64,000 nucleotides of DNA from Podarcis muralis (taxonomy: Eukaryota), in contig NC_135665.1 in NCBI RefSeq assembly GCF_964188315.1, forward strand, positions 29,574,001 through 29,638,000, given 5' to 3'. The position numbers were made by a program, and so were the translations under genes. Positions 12,601 to 64,000 of this stretch are shown one piece after another. The notes below the pieces were generated by a model, which ran no database searches, was not told the DNA's origin, and saw nothing but the letters and a program-made list of their open reading frames with translations. How positions within the stretch are numbered: position 1 is the stretch's first letter; the number at the start of each line of letters is the position of its first letter.

Positions 12601-13536
12601 ATTGGGTTTTCACTTTTATTCTAATGAAAATATTATATGAATACACACACCATTATATAGCCTACAACAGGTTCCCGAACAACTCAGATTTATTTGTCAT
12701 GTTCATTTGGCTCCTCTTAGCCTTGATGCTTAACAACGAACAACAGCCATAATTTGAGTGTGTGCTGGGTGCTACATGTCATGGGGGGGGGGCTACCTTT
12801 TTCATTAAAAAGAAAAGATTTTTTTTACTGAAATTTTCTCAAACAATACATAACAAACAAAACATACATAGCAAATCTTGACTGTGACCTTTGTTTGGGG
12901 GAAGGGGAAGCAAACCAAGGACAAAAACAGCTAAGATGCAAATATCACCATACGGAAGCTAAAGGGGGCCTCCCTTCCTACTGAGTTTAGAACTCCATCC
13001 ATACCTGACTTGCTTCAGAAATTCAAGAAAACCCACCAGAGAGAATGCTTCTCTTCACATGCTGCTGCCTCTGTTTGGCACCACAGAGATGAGGGGAGGC
13101 ACCCCCTGATCTCTGCCATTGGCCAGGAAACCTAGGGCCCAGGGAGGCTGCATTCACTGTCGGGGGAAAAGGTCGGGGTATAAATAGAGAGATGATAATT
13201 CCCTGCATCTGAGGAAGAACCTGACAGAAAGGAGGGAGTCCTATCTAACCCTGTCTGTTGCCAGTGAAGGTGGAGCTTGCTCCCCATTCCTTTTCCTTTT
13301 TATATCGTGCTTATTAGATTGTGAGCCCATGCGCAGGGGCTGGACTGCCTCTTGACACGTGTCCATCGTTCAGACGGACTGAAGGATGGCGGGTAAAGTC
13401 ACAGCTTTTGCGTCACTGAAAGCTACGCCGCCTCCTGCTCCACCGACTCCTGGCAAGAAGCAAAACACTCTCCCACGAACGCTACCTTGGCCGCGGCCCG
13501 AGGCAAAGGGACGGGGCGCTCGCCTCGCGAAGCCAT
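521..13536 (-). CDS. Uncharacterised coiled-coil protein gene, 5' part. Exons 13536-13486, 2387-2250, 1226-1177, 620-521; continues beyond the left edge
   Basis: Four GT-AG exons (51+138+50+100 = 339 nt) join in frame with matching phases 0/0/2/0, giving MASRGERPVPLPRAAAK-VGRPMAKLPASSLTSQGSACQDNSPLRGDKQNNELHIPFMNRSEQK-KLQEENLRLKYELEDLR-SQYEQLIKEGKNECFEERRVSFLKAQVLQLERQ (113 aa). ATG has strong Kozak context (gccATGG) in a CpG island. The link from exon 1 across an 11 kb intron is inferred. Confidence 0.7.
1177..1226 (-). CDS. Unknown coiled-coil gene, exon KLQEENLRLKYELEDL(R)
   Basis: ttatttcttcttag| acceptor, AG|gtactg donor, 50 nt ending in phase 2, which matches the next exon; heptad-like sequence. 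Confidence 0.8.
2250..2387 (-). CDS. Unknown coiled-coil gene, putative internal exon (46 aa)
   Basis: tttattttaaag|GTT acceptor, AAG|gtaaaa donor, 138 nt, open only in phase 0-0; falls within ORF 2205-2408. Confidence 0.6.
2512..2836. mobile_element. Tc1/mariner (Tigger/pogo-like) MITE
   Basis: TIRs CAGTGGTACCTCaCAAGACGAA / TTCGTCTTGCGAGGCACCACTG, with TA duplication on both sides. Confidence 0.88.
3606..3970 (-). mobile_element. Sauria SINE, full length
   Basis: (AAAGGT)n tail, tRNA-like head, 13-bp TSD taattagaaaata at 3593-3605 and 3971-3983. Confidence 0.92.
3990..4520 (-). mobile_element. Degraded L2 LINE 3' fragment
   Basis: Translates to LVSSRLDYCNALYVGLPLK...LQLVQ, typical of the L2 ORF2 C-terminal region; ends approximate. 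Confidence 0.8.
4553..5040 (+). mobile_element. L2 LINE 3' fragment interrupted by a BovB piece
   Basis: ARFKMLVLVYKGLYSFGPGHLKD motif, similar to the other L2 tails in the window. Confidence 0.7.
4748..4847 (-). mobile_element. RTE-BovB LINE extreme 3' end, 5'-truncated
   Basis: gttgttgtttagtcgtttagtcgtgtctgactc...ccccatggaccagagcacgccagg; 7-bp TSD aaatact. Confidence 0.8.
6742..6886 (+). mobile_element. SINE with tRNA-Asn(GTT)-like head and CR1-type tail
   Basis: Head gtggcgcagtgg...tgttaatcagaaggttggtaattcaagcccacccagggac resembles tRNA-Asn; tail gattcctgcattgcagggg...ccttccaactctac. Confidence 0.8.
9806..9950 (-). mobile_element. SINE with tRNA-Ile(AAT)-like head and CR1-type tail
   Basis: Minus strand gagcatggtgctaataacaccaaggttgcaagttcgatccc..., then ttctgcattgcagggggctggactagatga...ttccaactctacaattctatga. 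Confidence 0.8.
9951..10278 (+). mobile_element. Sauria SINE, slightly 5'-truncated
   Basis: Sauria body, (ACCTTT) tail, TSD ccaatcta at 9943-9950 and 10279-10286. Confidence 0.9.
10290..11170 (-). mobile_element. Old CR1 LINE 3' fragment, interrupted by a MITE
   Basis: CR1-type tail (ctagtccagcatcctgttctcacagtggccaaccagatgcc) plus an ORF2 remnant at 11005-11170; ends approximate. Confidence 0.65.
10788..11002. mobile_element. Tc1/mariner (Tigger-like) MITE
   Basis: TIRs CAGTGaTACCTCGG / CCGAGGTACCACTG, TA TSD. Confidence 0.85.
11845..11945 (+). mobile_element. Degraded CR1 ORF2 remnant
   Basis: Encodes IVKLEKVQKTATK, resembling the CR1 C-terminal motif. Confidence 0.6.
13486..13536 (-). 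CDS. Unknown coiled-coil gene, putative exon 1 (MASRGERPVPLPRAAAK)
   Basis: gagagccATGG start; AAG|gtagcg donor, phase 0; reading on past the donor hits TAG; lies inside the CpG island. Confidence 0.55.
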
Positions 13537-13603
13537 GGCTCTCTCAACGAAAGAGGCCACCGCCAACAAGCCCTCTCCTCAGCCCGTTCCTCCCGCGCGA
13601 CGC

Positions 13604-13617
13604 GTTTCCTAGGCAAC
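13604..13617. promoter_or_regulatory. RFX X-box-like palindrome GTTTCCTAGGCAAC
   Basis: Near-palindrome matching the RFX consensus GTTNCC(N0-3)RGYAAC, 68 bp upstream of the minus-strand ATG. Confidence 0.6.
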
Positions 13618-14026
13618 GGGTCCTGCCAGGTACATACAAGCATTCACGGTGTATTTAAAGGGGGGCAGAACTCGGGAAGTTTGAGGTGCCCGCGTACTTA
13701 TATTGCAGAACTTCGAATTATAAACATCGTACAGCGGTCACGATGCGGGAAAAGAAGACGCGATTAGCATCTACATAGCTGCAAGGACCTGAGAGAGAAA
13801 GAATGAGAGCGAGAGACCACGCCCACACTTAACTCCGCCCTGATGGCAGGAGGCGGTTTCCGTGCGTCTTTCTGCGCGTGCGCAACAGCCGACGGAGACT
13901 ACGTGTGTGCGTAAGCGGAACAACGAGGAGAAAAGCTACGGGCCAACTCACATGCTGGTTGGGTCCAGAGCGTGGCTGGGACCTTCCATTCAAGGCGGGG
14001 GGGGGGGTGTTTAGGCGGACGAAACC

Positions 14027-26663
<12,637 letters not shown>

Positions 26664-27059
26664 CATCCTACAGAAAGATCTTCCTTCTTTCCCCATGCCT
26701 TGCAAATCAATGAAAGAGATGGCTTTCTGCTTAACCAACATGTCAAGTTGTGTTCTTTCTCTTGTAGCCTGAGACAAGCCTTCAAGGCCTACTCTGTGGC
26801 AGCCCCAAGTTCAGATGTGCCCAGTGAGATTTCTTATGTTTTTTGTTTTGTTTTTTACTTGAGATGGTTCACACTTACTGGAGTGCTTCACTTTGCTTGT
26901 TGAGAGCAGGAGGCTCCATCTTGCATGGTGGCCCAGGTCCTGCCTCAGGAGCCAGCTGGCTATGTCACTTGGCCTTCAGGAAGCCCGCTTCTAGAGGACT
27001 CCACTCATAATTTACTATGCCGCTTTGTTCAGAAACAGAAGCCAGAAACTTCCACGGGC

Positions 27060-27065
27060 AATAAA
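27060..27065 (+). terminator. Candidate RIOK2 polyadenylation signal (second AATAAA at 27331-27336)
   Basis: AATAAA about 400 nt after the stop codon; usage unverified. Confidence 0.5.
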
Positions 27066-27944
27066 ATTCTAAGAGAAAGCAAACTAAGGGCAGCGAACTC
27101 CCAGTTTTCAGGTGGCTGGACTGAAAATATAACCCATCTCATACTATGCATATAGACACAAGGCTCCGTGAGTTCAGTTTAGGACACTGCCTCGATTGGG
27201 TGCATAGGATTTGTATTGCTGTGATGCCCATGTAAGCCTGCAATCCACCTAAACATGCTTTTCAGATAGTAGGGTCCATTAGACGAGGCGTAAAATGAGC
27301 ACAAGTTTACAAAACATGGGATCAAACTGCAATAAAGATGATTATAAGGCTAGTGCAAACCTGTGGGCTCAAATCAGACATTATTGGAGCACTCCACAAC
27401 CCTGTTTAAAGTTACCCTGTTATCTTCACTGTGGCTCAACTGCCTAACTTTGCAACCCCATATATGTTTACTCAGAGGTAAGCCCTATTGAGGTCAGTGG
27501 TACTTCCTCCCAGGCAACTGTGTTTAGGATTGCAGCCTTTGCAATAATTAATGTAGCACCGTCAACAGTATCTTCATTTCTAAACTTGAACAAAGGCCCA
27601 CAAGTTTTTCACGACTAGCAGAGCTTTGAACCTAGAAGCTCTTACTCAATTTCTCTCGGCACTTCCAAGGTTTCATGCGTAAATCCTGCCCAAACTGACA
27701 AGTAATAAAAATGACGTTGCACAGACCTGGCTGGCACTCGGATCTCTAAGCAGCTCTGTGCAACTGCTAATAAATTTTGTTCACGTACATTCAACAATGT
27801 GCTAGATAGCCTCTCGCAAAATACCTTGGAAACCCAGTAGCCCGGAGCACTTGGCTGAAGTGTGGGTTTAAAGTGCATAAAAGATCTTTATCTAGCAGAA
27901 ATAGAAGCAAACTCTTGTTGTGCTGAATCTACTTTGTTAGTAAT

Positions 27945-28140
27945 AATAATAATTTTATTATTTATACCCTGCCCATCTGGCTGGGTTTCCCCAACCACTC
28001 TGGGCGGCTTACAGCATATATTAAAACATAATAAAACATCAAACATTGAAAACTTTCCAAACAGAGCTGCCTTCTAAACGTTGTGTAGTTCTTTATCTCC
28101 TTGATATCTGAAGGGAGGGTGTTCCACAGGGAGGGCATCT
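27945..28140 (-). mobile_element. L2 LINE 3' tail
   Basis: Reverse complement of the L2 tails at 32366 and 45950 (gcccatctggctgggtttccccaaccactctgggcggctt). Confidence 0.7.
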
Positions 28141-28807
28141 AAAACTGTATGGGATAAGTTTAAGAACTCCAGAAAGGAGGGGAAAGACTTTTTAAATAAA
28201 TCAAAAAGGTGTGGTTTCTGTAAAAACAATAAAATGTAAATCAGAAATTTAAAGATAATCAGGCCAGCTAGGGCCAGCATATTTTTAAATTCATGTTTCC
28301 TTCTATTCTGCACTACAGCTTGAATCATCTTCGGGAAGTTCAGTTTATGATAGTTTCTGTGAGTGTATTTAATATAGCAGCTGAAGTCTTAAAAATGTGG
28401 GGTGGGAATGGTTTTCTCATTGGTGAAGCAGCCATACATAGCCAGAGATCATATATAATATGATCACTACAGCTTATCTGTTTCTAAAAGAATTCAAGAA
28501 CAGAGCATATTACAGCAACCAAGAAAAAACCTGAGCATTTAGCAGGCAAGAACTGAAAACAGGTTAAAAGCCCAGTGGCCTAAGAAAATTTTAATTGCCC
28601 ACCTAAATGGGAATGTTGCAGGCCAAAATGGAATCACTGAATTGTACAGCTGGAAGGCATCAATGGTGGCTCGCAAGTGTTGCCCTTTACTTTTTCCCAC
28701 ATACCTGTATGACAAATTGCCATTTACTGTAGTGGGGAGAGAAATACAGCACTGCAGTACAATGGGGGAGAGCTTAAGTTTCTAATGGGAAGGTACACAT
28801 TGCCCCA

Positions 28808-28875
28808 AAGATTCCTGCATTGCAGGGGATTGAAGTAGATGGCCTTTGTGGTCCCTTCCAACTCTGGTTCTGTGA
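28808..28875 (+). mobile_element. Headless CR1-type SINE tail
   Basis: gattcctgcattgcagggg...gtcccttccaactct. Confidence 0.65.
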
Positions 28876-29637
28876 AATACATCATGGACTTGCGTGCAGA
28901 ACAAAGATGCTCTGAACTCAAGCCTTTCAATATACCGGTACATGCCCTCTGTTCACTTCCATCCTTCCTAGCATATTTGCAGAGATTTTGCTAGTTGGCT
29001 TTTAAAGTCTGAACAGGGATTTATTTTTTTAAAATTAAAGAAACTATAGGGTATATGCGTTTCTGTTTCAAGATTAGGGGAAGGGCTGAAAGGTTGATGA
29101 TGCTAACGTTCTTGAAAGTAACCTTTAACAGATTTCCACAAGAGAAGATAGTTTGCACATGTTATGCTTATTACCTGCCCACTTCCATCTGCATCATCCC
29201 CTGATGCAAACAGCTGCCACACATTTGAACAAGACTGACTACTTCCATGCCTTTTCTCAGGGTTCTGGACCCTGGAAGCAATTTGTATGTTGCTTGTTAA
29301 GCTTTCGTGTCACCTGAGGTCACGGACCAGCATCGAAAGAACTGCAAAACTCGTTAGGCAAGTCCCAGAGAAGCATTAGACTTGGTTGCTTTTGAGTAAA
29401 CTATTCAAAAGGCTAAAGCGATGGAACATGGGAATACCCCACAGTTTTGGGGCACGGTGTCTCCTCTGAGAACATTGGGTATAAACACTTGATTGACAGG
29501 TTTTTTATTTTATTTAAAGAGAGGATCGGTTTATATTAACATTTAATACCAGGAAGTGGAGAGCCTTGTATGCCTCTCTCTTAGTCACATGTGCTGCCTC
29601 TGGGCTGAGCACCTACAGTTTGCATGCTATTATCCAG

Positions 29638-30011
29638 GTAGGGATGCGGGTGGCGCTGTGGTCTAAACCACTGAGCCTCTTGGGCTTGCCAATCAGAAGG
29701 TCAGTGGTTTGAATCCCCACGATAGGGTGAGCTCCTGTTGCTCTGTCCCAGCTCCTGTCAACCTAGCAGTTTGAAAGCACGCCAGTGCAAGTAGATAAAT
29801 AGGTACAACTGCGTCGGGAAGGTAAATGGCATTTCCATGCTCTCTTGGTTTCCACCACGGTGTTCTGTTGCGCCAGAAGCGGTTTAGTCATGCTGGCCAC
29901 ATGACCTGGAAAGCTGGACAAACGCCGGCTCCCTCAGCCTGAAAGTGAAATGAGCACTGCAGCTCCATAGTTGCCTTTGATTGGACTTAACCGTCCAGGA
30001 GTCCTTTACCC
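29638..30011 (+). mobile_element. Sauria SINE, older subfamily
   Basis: gggatgcgggtggcgctgtgg head, ...gtcctttacc tail, TSD ttatccag. Confidence 0.88.
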
Positions 30012-31418
30012 TTATCCAGAAAATTCATGGTTTTCTAAGCCCTGCATGCATCAGAGCAGGAGTTGGCAGTGCACTGAGAGCCTGGGAAGGAGGGCTCCAT
30101 TGGATGAACATAATGATGCCCAGAAATTCATCCTGGTAGACCAAGAAAGAAGAAGAGGCGGCCTCAGCCTATGGCAATCCTCTTCTCGCGCACTGAGCTG
30201 TGTATGTACAGATAGGACATTTAGATAAATAATGGGGAGATAGAGAAGCAAAGCAGTATAGCAAGGGATTAGATTGAGTTAATGTGATTTCACATGCTTC
30301 AGACTTTGTTTCATTTTGGGATAAAGACAAAGGTATTTAAGGCATTTTTGAAAAATAAAAGTCATTCCAAGGCATAGCCATAAGTAACCACTTGTCCTTA
30401 ACCTTCGGTTTTGTTTAGATTACCATACATTTCTCTGGGGATAAAAATGGCTAAGGGAGGAACTCGGCCCTGACATTGTACCATGATATATCTCTTAACA
30501 AGAACAGAGGTAGAATTCCTGAAATATCTGAAGTCATCAGAGGTCACTATGAAGTTTATACAAAGGCTGGACTCCGCGGTGTTCCATTTATATTTCATAT
30601 GTAGATAAAACAAAAGTTTACTTTATTTACTGGGAACCTGAGGAAACAGGGAGGTTAAGTCAATAACGTCCCAGACAGTCCTAACAAATTCACATATTTA
30701 GCAGGTATCGGAGGATTGTTTAATCAACATCCTTCAAATGCATTTTTAATGGCTGCACTTAACAGGGTTTTCGTAACTGGTCAAACAAGAGTCACAAAAA
30801 TGCTGAAGACTCTGTATCTTCTGATACAATATTGTGCATATTACCTGACTTTCAGCTATATGGAAATAAAAGCTGTCAGCTACGTTTGCTGCCCTACCAC
30901 CCTGGCTGCTATTTGTAACTGAAAATCAGTAACAGGTGTCATTTTTTTCCCCTCCTTACCTTGGTTAAGAAATAGTCCATCTGCAGATGTTACCAAGCCT
31001 CCCTACAGAGAGGTGAACATTGGCAAGATAGGCAGAAGCTTTTTCCTCATTTGTTTTTTAAAAAATAGCATGCAAAGGTAAGAGTCTGTCAGGAAGCCTC
31101 TTACAGGCCCCTTGGTCCATGTAATTGTACTGATTTGAGAGATGGCTCTTGGGTTTTTTGGATTATTTGAAATGTTTTTGTTCCCCGAGAGGTGTTTTTA
31201 AAAATTAAAAAAAAATATCCAAGCACTCAAGTGGAGGGTTCTGTTGGATTCGCAGTATCTATTGGCCCCAGCCAGCTCAGTCAGTAGTCAGGAATGGAGG
31301 AAGCCAGCGTCCTAAACCCCTACCCTAAAGTTTTATGTGCTTCCTAACTCTTCCACAGAGTCTGGACAGGATATGGCTTGGCATGGTCAGCCATTTTGTG
31401 TTGTCTTAGCTGTCATAA

Positions 31419-31780
31419 ATGGGACGCGGGTGGCGCTGTGGATTAAAGCCTCAGCACCTAGGACTTGCCGATTGAAAGGTCGGCGGTTCGAATCCCCGCA
31501 GCGGGGTGCGCTCCCGTCGTTCGGTCCCAGCGCCTGCCGACCTAGCAGTTCGAAAGCACCTTCGGGTGCAAGTAGATAAATAGGGACCGCTTACTAGCGG
31601 GAAGGTAAACGGCGTTCCGTGTGCTGCGCTGGCTCTCCAGATGCAGCTTGTCACGCTGGCCACGTGACCCGGAAGTGTCTGCGGACAGCGCTGGCTCCCG
31701 GCCTGTAGAGTGAGATGAGCGCACAACCCCAGAGTCTGTCAAGACTGGCCCGTACGGACAGGGGTACCTTTACCTTTACC
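31419..31780 (+). mobile_element. Sauria SINE, full length, same subfamily as 3606-3970
   Basis: gggacgcgggtggcgctgtgg head, (ACCTTT)n tail, 12-bp TSD tagctgtcataa. Confidence 0.92.
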
Positions 31781-32187
31781 TAGCTGTCATAAGGGGAAGT
31801 GACCCTACACGCAGGCTATAATACATTTCTTTACACAATTTATGTTGTTGCACCTGTTGAACTACAACAACCTCCAACATCTCCAGACTACATGGCCAGT
31901 GCTCAACGATTATGGGAGTTATAGTCCGCAACATCTGGAGGGCCAGAAGTTGCTTACCTTGCCTTAATCCACAACCCAAGGACTAAGCAAGCACATGCTA
32001 CTATATTTGCTCACATTGCCCTTTCTTCTTCCTTTCTTCCACTTCCCTTGTCTCTTTCCCATGAATGAAACTTAAGATTACAAGATGCTTGGGGCAGGGA
32101 CTTGTGTAAACCTCCATATACATTACTGGAGAACAAATTTCAAATTTGGAGGCAGCTAAAGCAATTCTCTCAGGTCCAAACCATTAG

Positions 32188-32270
32188 CGTGAGGCAGTGG
32201 AAGACAGGAGTGCCTGGCGTGCTCTGGTCCATGGGGTCATGAAGAGTCGGACACAACTAAACAACAACAA
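32188..32270 (+). mobile_element. RTE-BovB 3' end fragment
   Basis: Reverse complement of 4748-4847, with (caa)n tail. Confidence 0.78.
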
Positions 32271-32365
32271 AATTTACTGCTTTAATATCTAAAGTGGGGT
32301 CCCATATTAGAGTGACCACTTATATATCGCCACAAGAGAGAAGACAAATTGTTGCAAAATGGGCA

Positions 32366-32723
32366 CCATGGCTTTGGTCCTGCATACCTGAAGGAGTGTC
32401 TCCTCCATCGTTCAGCCTGGACACTGAGGTCCAGCTCCAAGGGCCTTCTGGTGGTTCCCTCACTACAAGAAGTGAGGTTGCAGGGAACCTGGCAGAGGGC
32501 CATCTCAGTAGTTGCATTCTCCTTGTGGAATGCTCTCCCATCAGATGTCAAGGAAATAAAACAACTATTTGACTTTTAGAAGACATCTGAAGGCAGCCCT
32601 GTCTAAGGAAGTTTTTAATGTTTGGTGTCTTAGTGTTTTAATTTGTTGGAAGCTGCCCAGAGTGGCTGTGGTAACCCACAGGTGGGTGGCATAAAAACTT
32701 ATCATTATTACTACCACTACTAC
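32366..32723 (+). mobile_element. L2 LINE 3' fragment
   Basis: HGFGPAYLKECL...QRAISVVAFSLWNALP motif and simple-repeat tail. Confidence 0.8.
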
Positions 32724-32867
32724 CTGCTAATGCAGAGGTGTAAACTTAAAAACAATTCCTATAATTAAAAAGAATACATCTTAACTGAATGGGGCAGACT
32801 CTCCACAGGTGATCTGAGTGCATGCTCAGTCTGTTCCACAGGGACTAGCCATTGATGTGAAACTTTG

Positions 32868-33448
32868 GTTAAAAAAGAAAAAGGTAAAGGACCCCTGGGC
32901 GGTTAGGTAAAGGGACCCCTGACAATTAAGTCCAGTCGTGAGCAACTCTGGGGTTGTGGTGCTCATCTCGCTTTACTGGCCAAGGGAGTCGATGTTCGTC
33001 TGCAGACAGTTTTTCCGGGTCATGTGGCCAGCGTGACTAAGCCGCTTCTGGTGAAACCAGAGCAGCGCACGGAAACGCCATTTACCATCCCACTGGAGCG
33101 GTAGCTATTTATCTACTTGCATTGGTAACTATGGGGTTGCGGCACTCATCTCGCTTCAGGTCAAGATGAGTCCACAGACAGCTTCCCCAGTCATGTGGCC
33201 AGCATGACTAAACCGCTTCTGGGACAACAGAACACTGCGACAGAAACCAGAGTGCACGGAAACGCCGTTTACCTTCCTGTCACCTATTTATCTACTTGCA
33301 CTTGCATGCTTTCGAACTGCTAGGTTGGCAGGAGCAGGGACAGAGCAACGGGAGCTCACCCTGTCGCGGGGATTTGAACCACCGACCTTCTGATCAGCAA
33401 GCCCAAGAGGCTCTGTGCTTTAGACCACAGCGCTACCGGCGTCCCTAC
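32868..33448 (-). mobile_element. Composite Sauria SINE: a truncated copy (32906-33121) inside an older full copy
   Basis: Two tails and two bodies within one 12-bp TSD tgtgaaactttg at 32856-32867 and 33449-33460. Confidence 0.85.
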
Positions 33449-33900
33449 TGTGAAACTTTGAGGCTCCTGCTCTCCCTTCTTTATCTTTAAATAGAACTTA
33501 GATAACCCATCAAATAAAGGGTTGTCCTCAGACAGCCCTTCAAGCAGTACATAAAGTAAGACATCGTCGAGCTATCCCATATTAATCTTCGCATTTCCCT
33601 TTTCCTCAATTATTATTATTTTTTTAAACAGTGGGAGGTGAATTCTTATTAAGTCAGCAGAAAGTCCAACACTGTCTGCTTCAGCAGCTTCAGTCAATGT
33701 CAGGATGAAGAGAGGAATGTCTTTCGCATGCTTTGCTTCTCCAGCTAGCCAGTAGGTGGGTGTGTTTAACAGAGGAAAAAGCAAGGAGGAAGGAGCCTGT
33801 CAACCAGCCTCCCCAGCTAATTAGCTCAGCCTACAACAAAGATAAGCGAGCTGGGGAGGAGGACCCCCTGAAGGGTCTTTTGAATCTGGGCAATGTCTGA

Positions 33901-63597
<29,697 letters not shown>

Positions 63598-64000
63598 TGA
63601 TGGGAATTGAAATCAGTGGGATTTTTAAAATTTAGGCACTCAGTGAGTCCCATTGAGTCTGAGACACCTCCCAAGTTAAGTGTGCCCACAAATTAAGATT
63701 CCTCTTTAAAGACTGTAATGTCATTACAGATGTTCTAGGTTTAAAAGGATCCATTAGTGGACAAGTGCAAACCTAGGGTTGCATCCAAAAAGTCCCATTA
63801 GCACAAGGACTTCTATCTGCACAGTGGACTTCCCACCCTGAATCCCTTCTCCCCAAATCTGTTCTATGGTTTTCCCAACCTTCCAGAGCAGTTGGGGAGG
63901 AAGAAAGACATGGGGAGAAGAGAGGAAGAGAAAGTGCTGTTGCACAGGTGGAAGTGCTTGAGATAACAGGATGAATTCCCTGGATGCAACCCATAGTTCT

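Overview
Vertebrate genomic DNA, AT-rich and CpG-poor apart from one island. The Sauria SINE, BovB, CR1, L2, L1, hAT and Tc1/mariner repeats point to a squamate, probably a lacertid lizard (inference). Three spliced genes were assembled by hand from GT-AG junctions and reading-frame phase. (1) RIOK2, complete on +: 10 exons, 14027-26663, 555 aa. (2) LIX1 on +: exons 1-5, 34033-63480, running off the right edge. (3) An unrecognised coiled-coil gene on -: at least 4 exons, ATG at 13536, running off the left edge. This third gene is head-to-head with RIOK2 across a CpG island (ATGs 491 bp apart) and has a near-perfect RFX X-box just upstream. Most entries in the ORF track are repeat or microsatellite artefacts. 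The main leads are the unnamed, possibly ciliary gene with a candidate poison exon; a SINE group with three different tRNA heads (Asn, Ile, Lys) on one CR1-derived tail; an Arg155Cys change in the RIOK2 kinase domain; and several nested insertions that still have their target-site duplications (TSDs). All coordinates were counted by eye, and no database searches were run.
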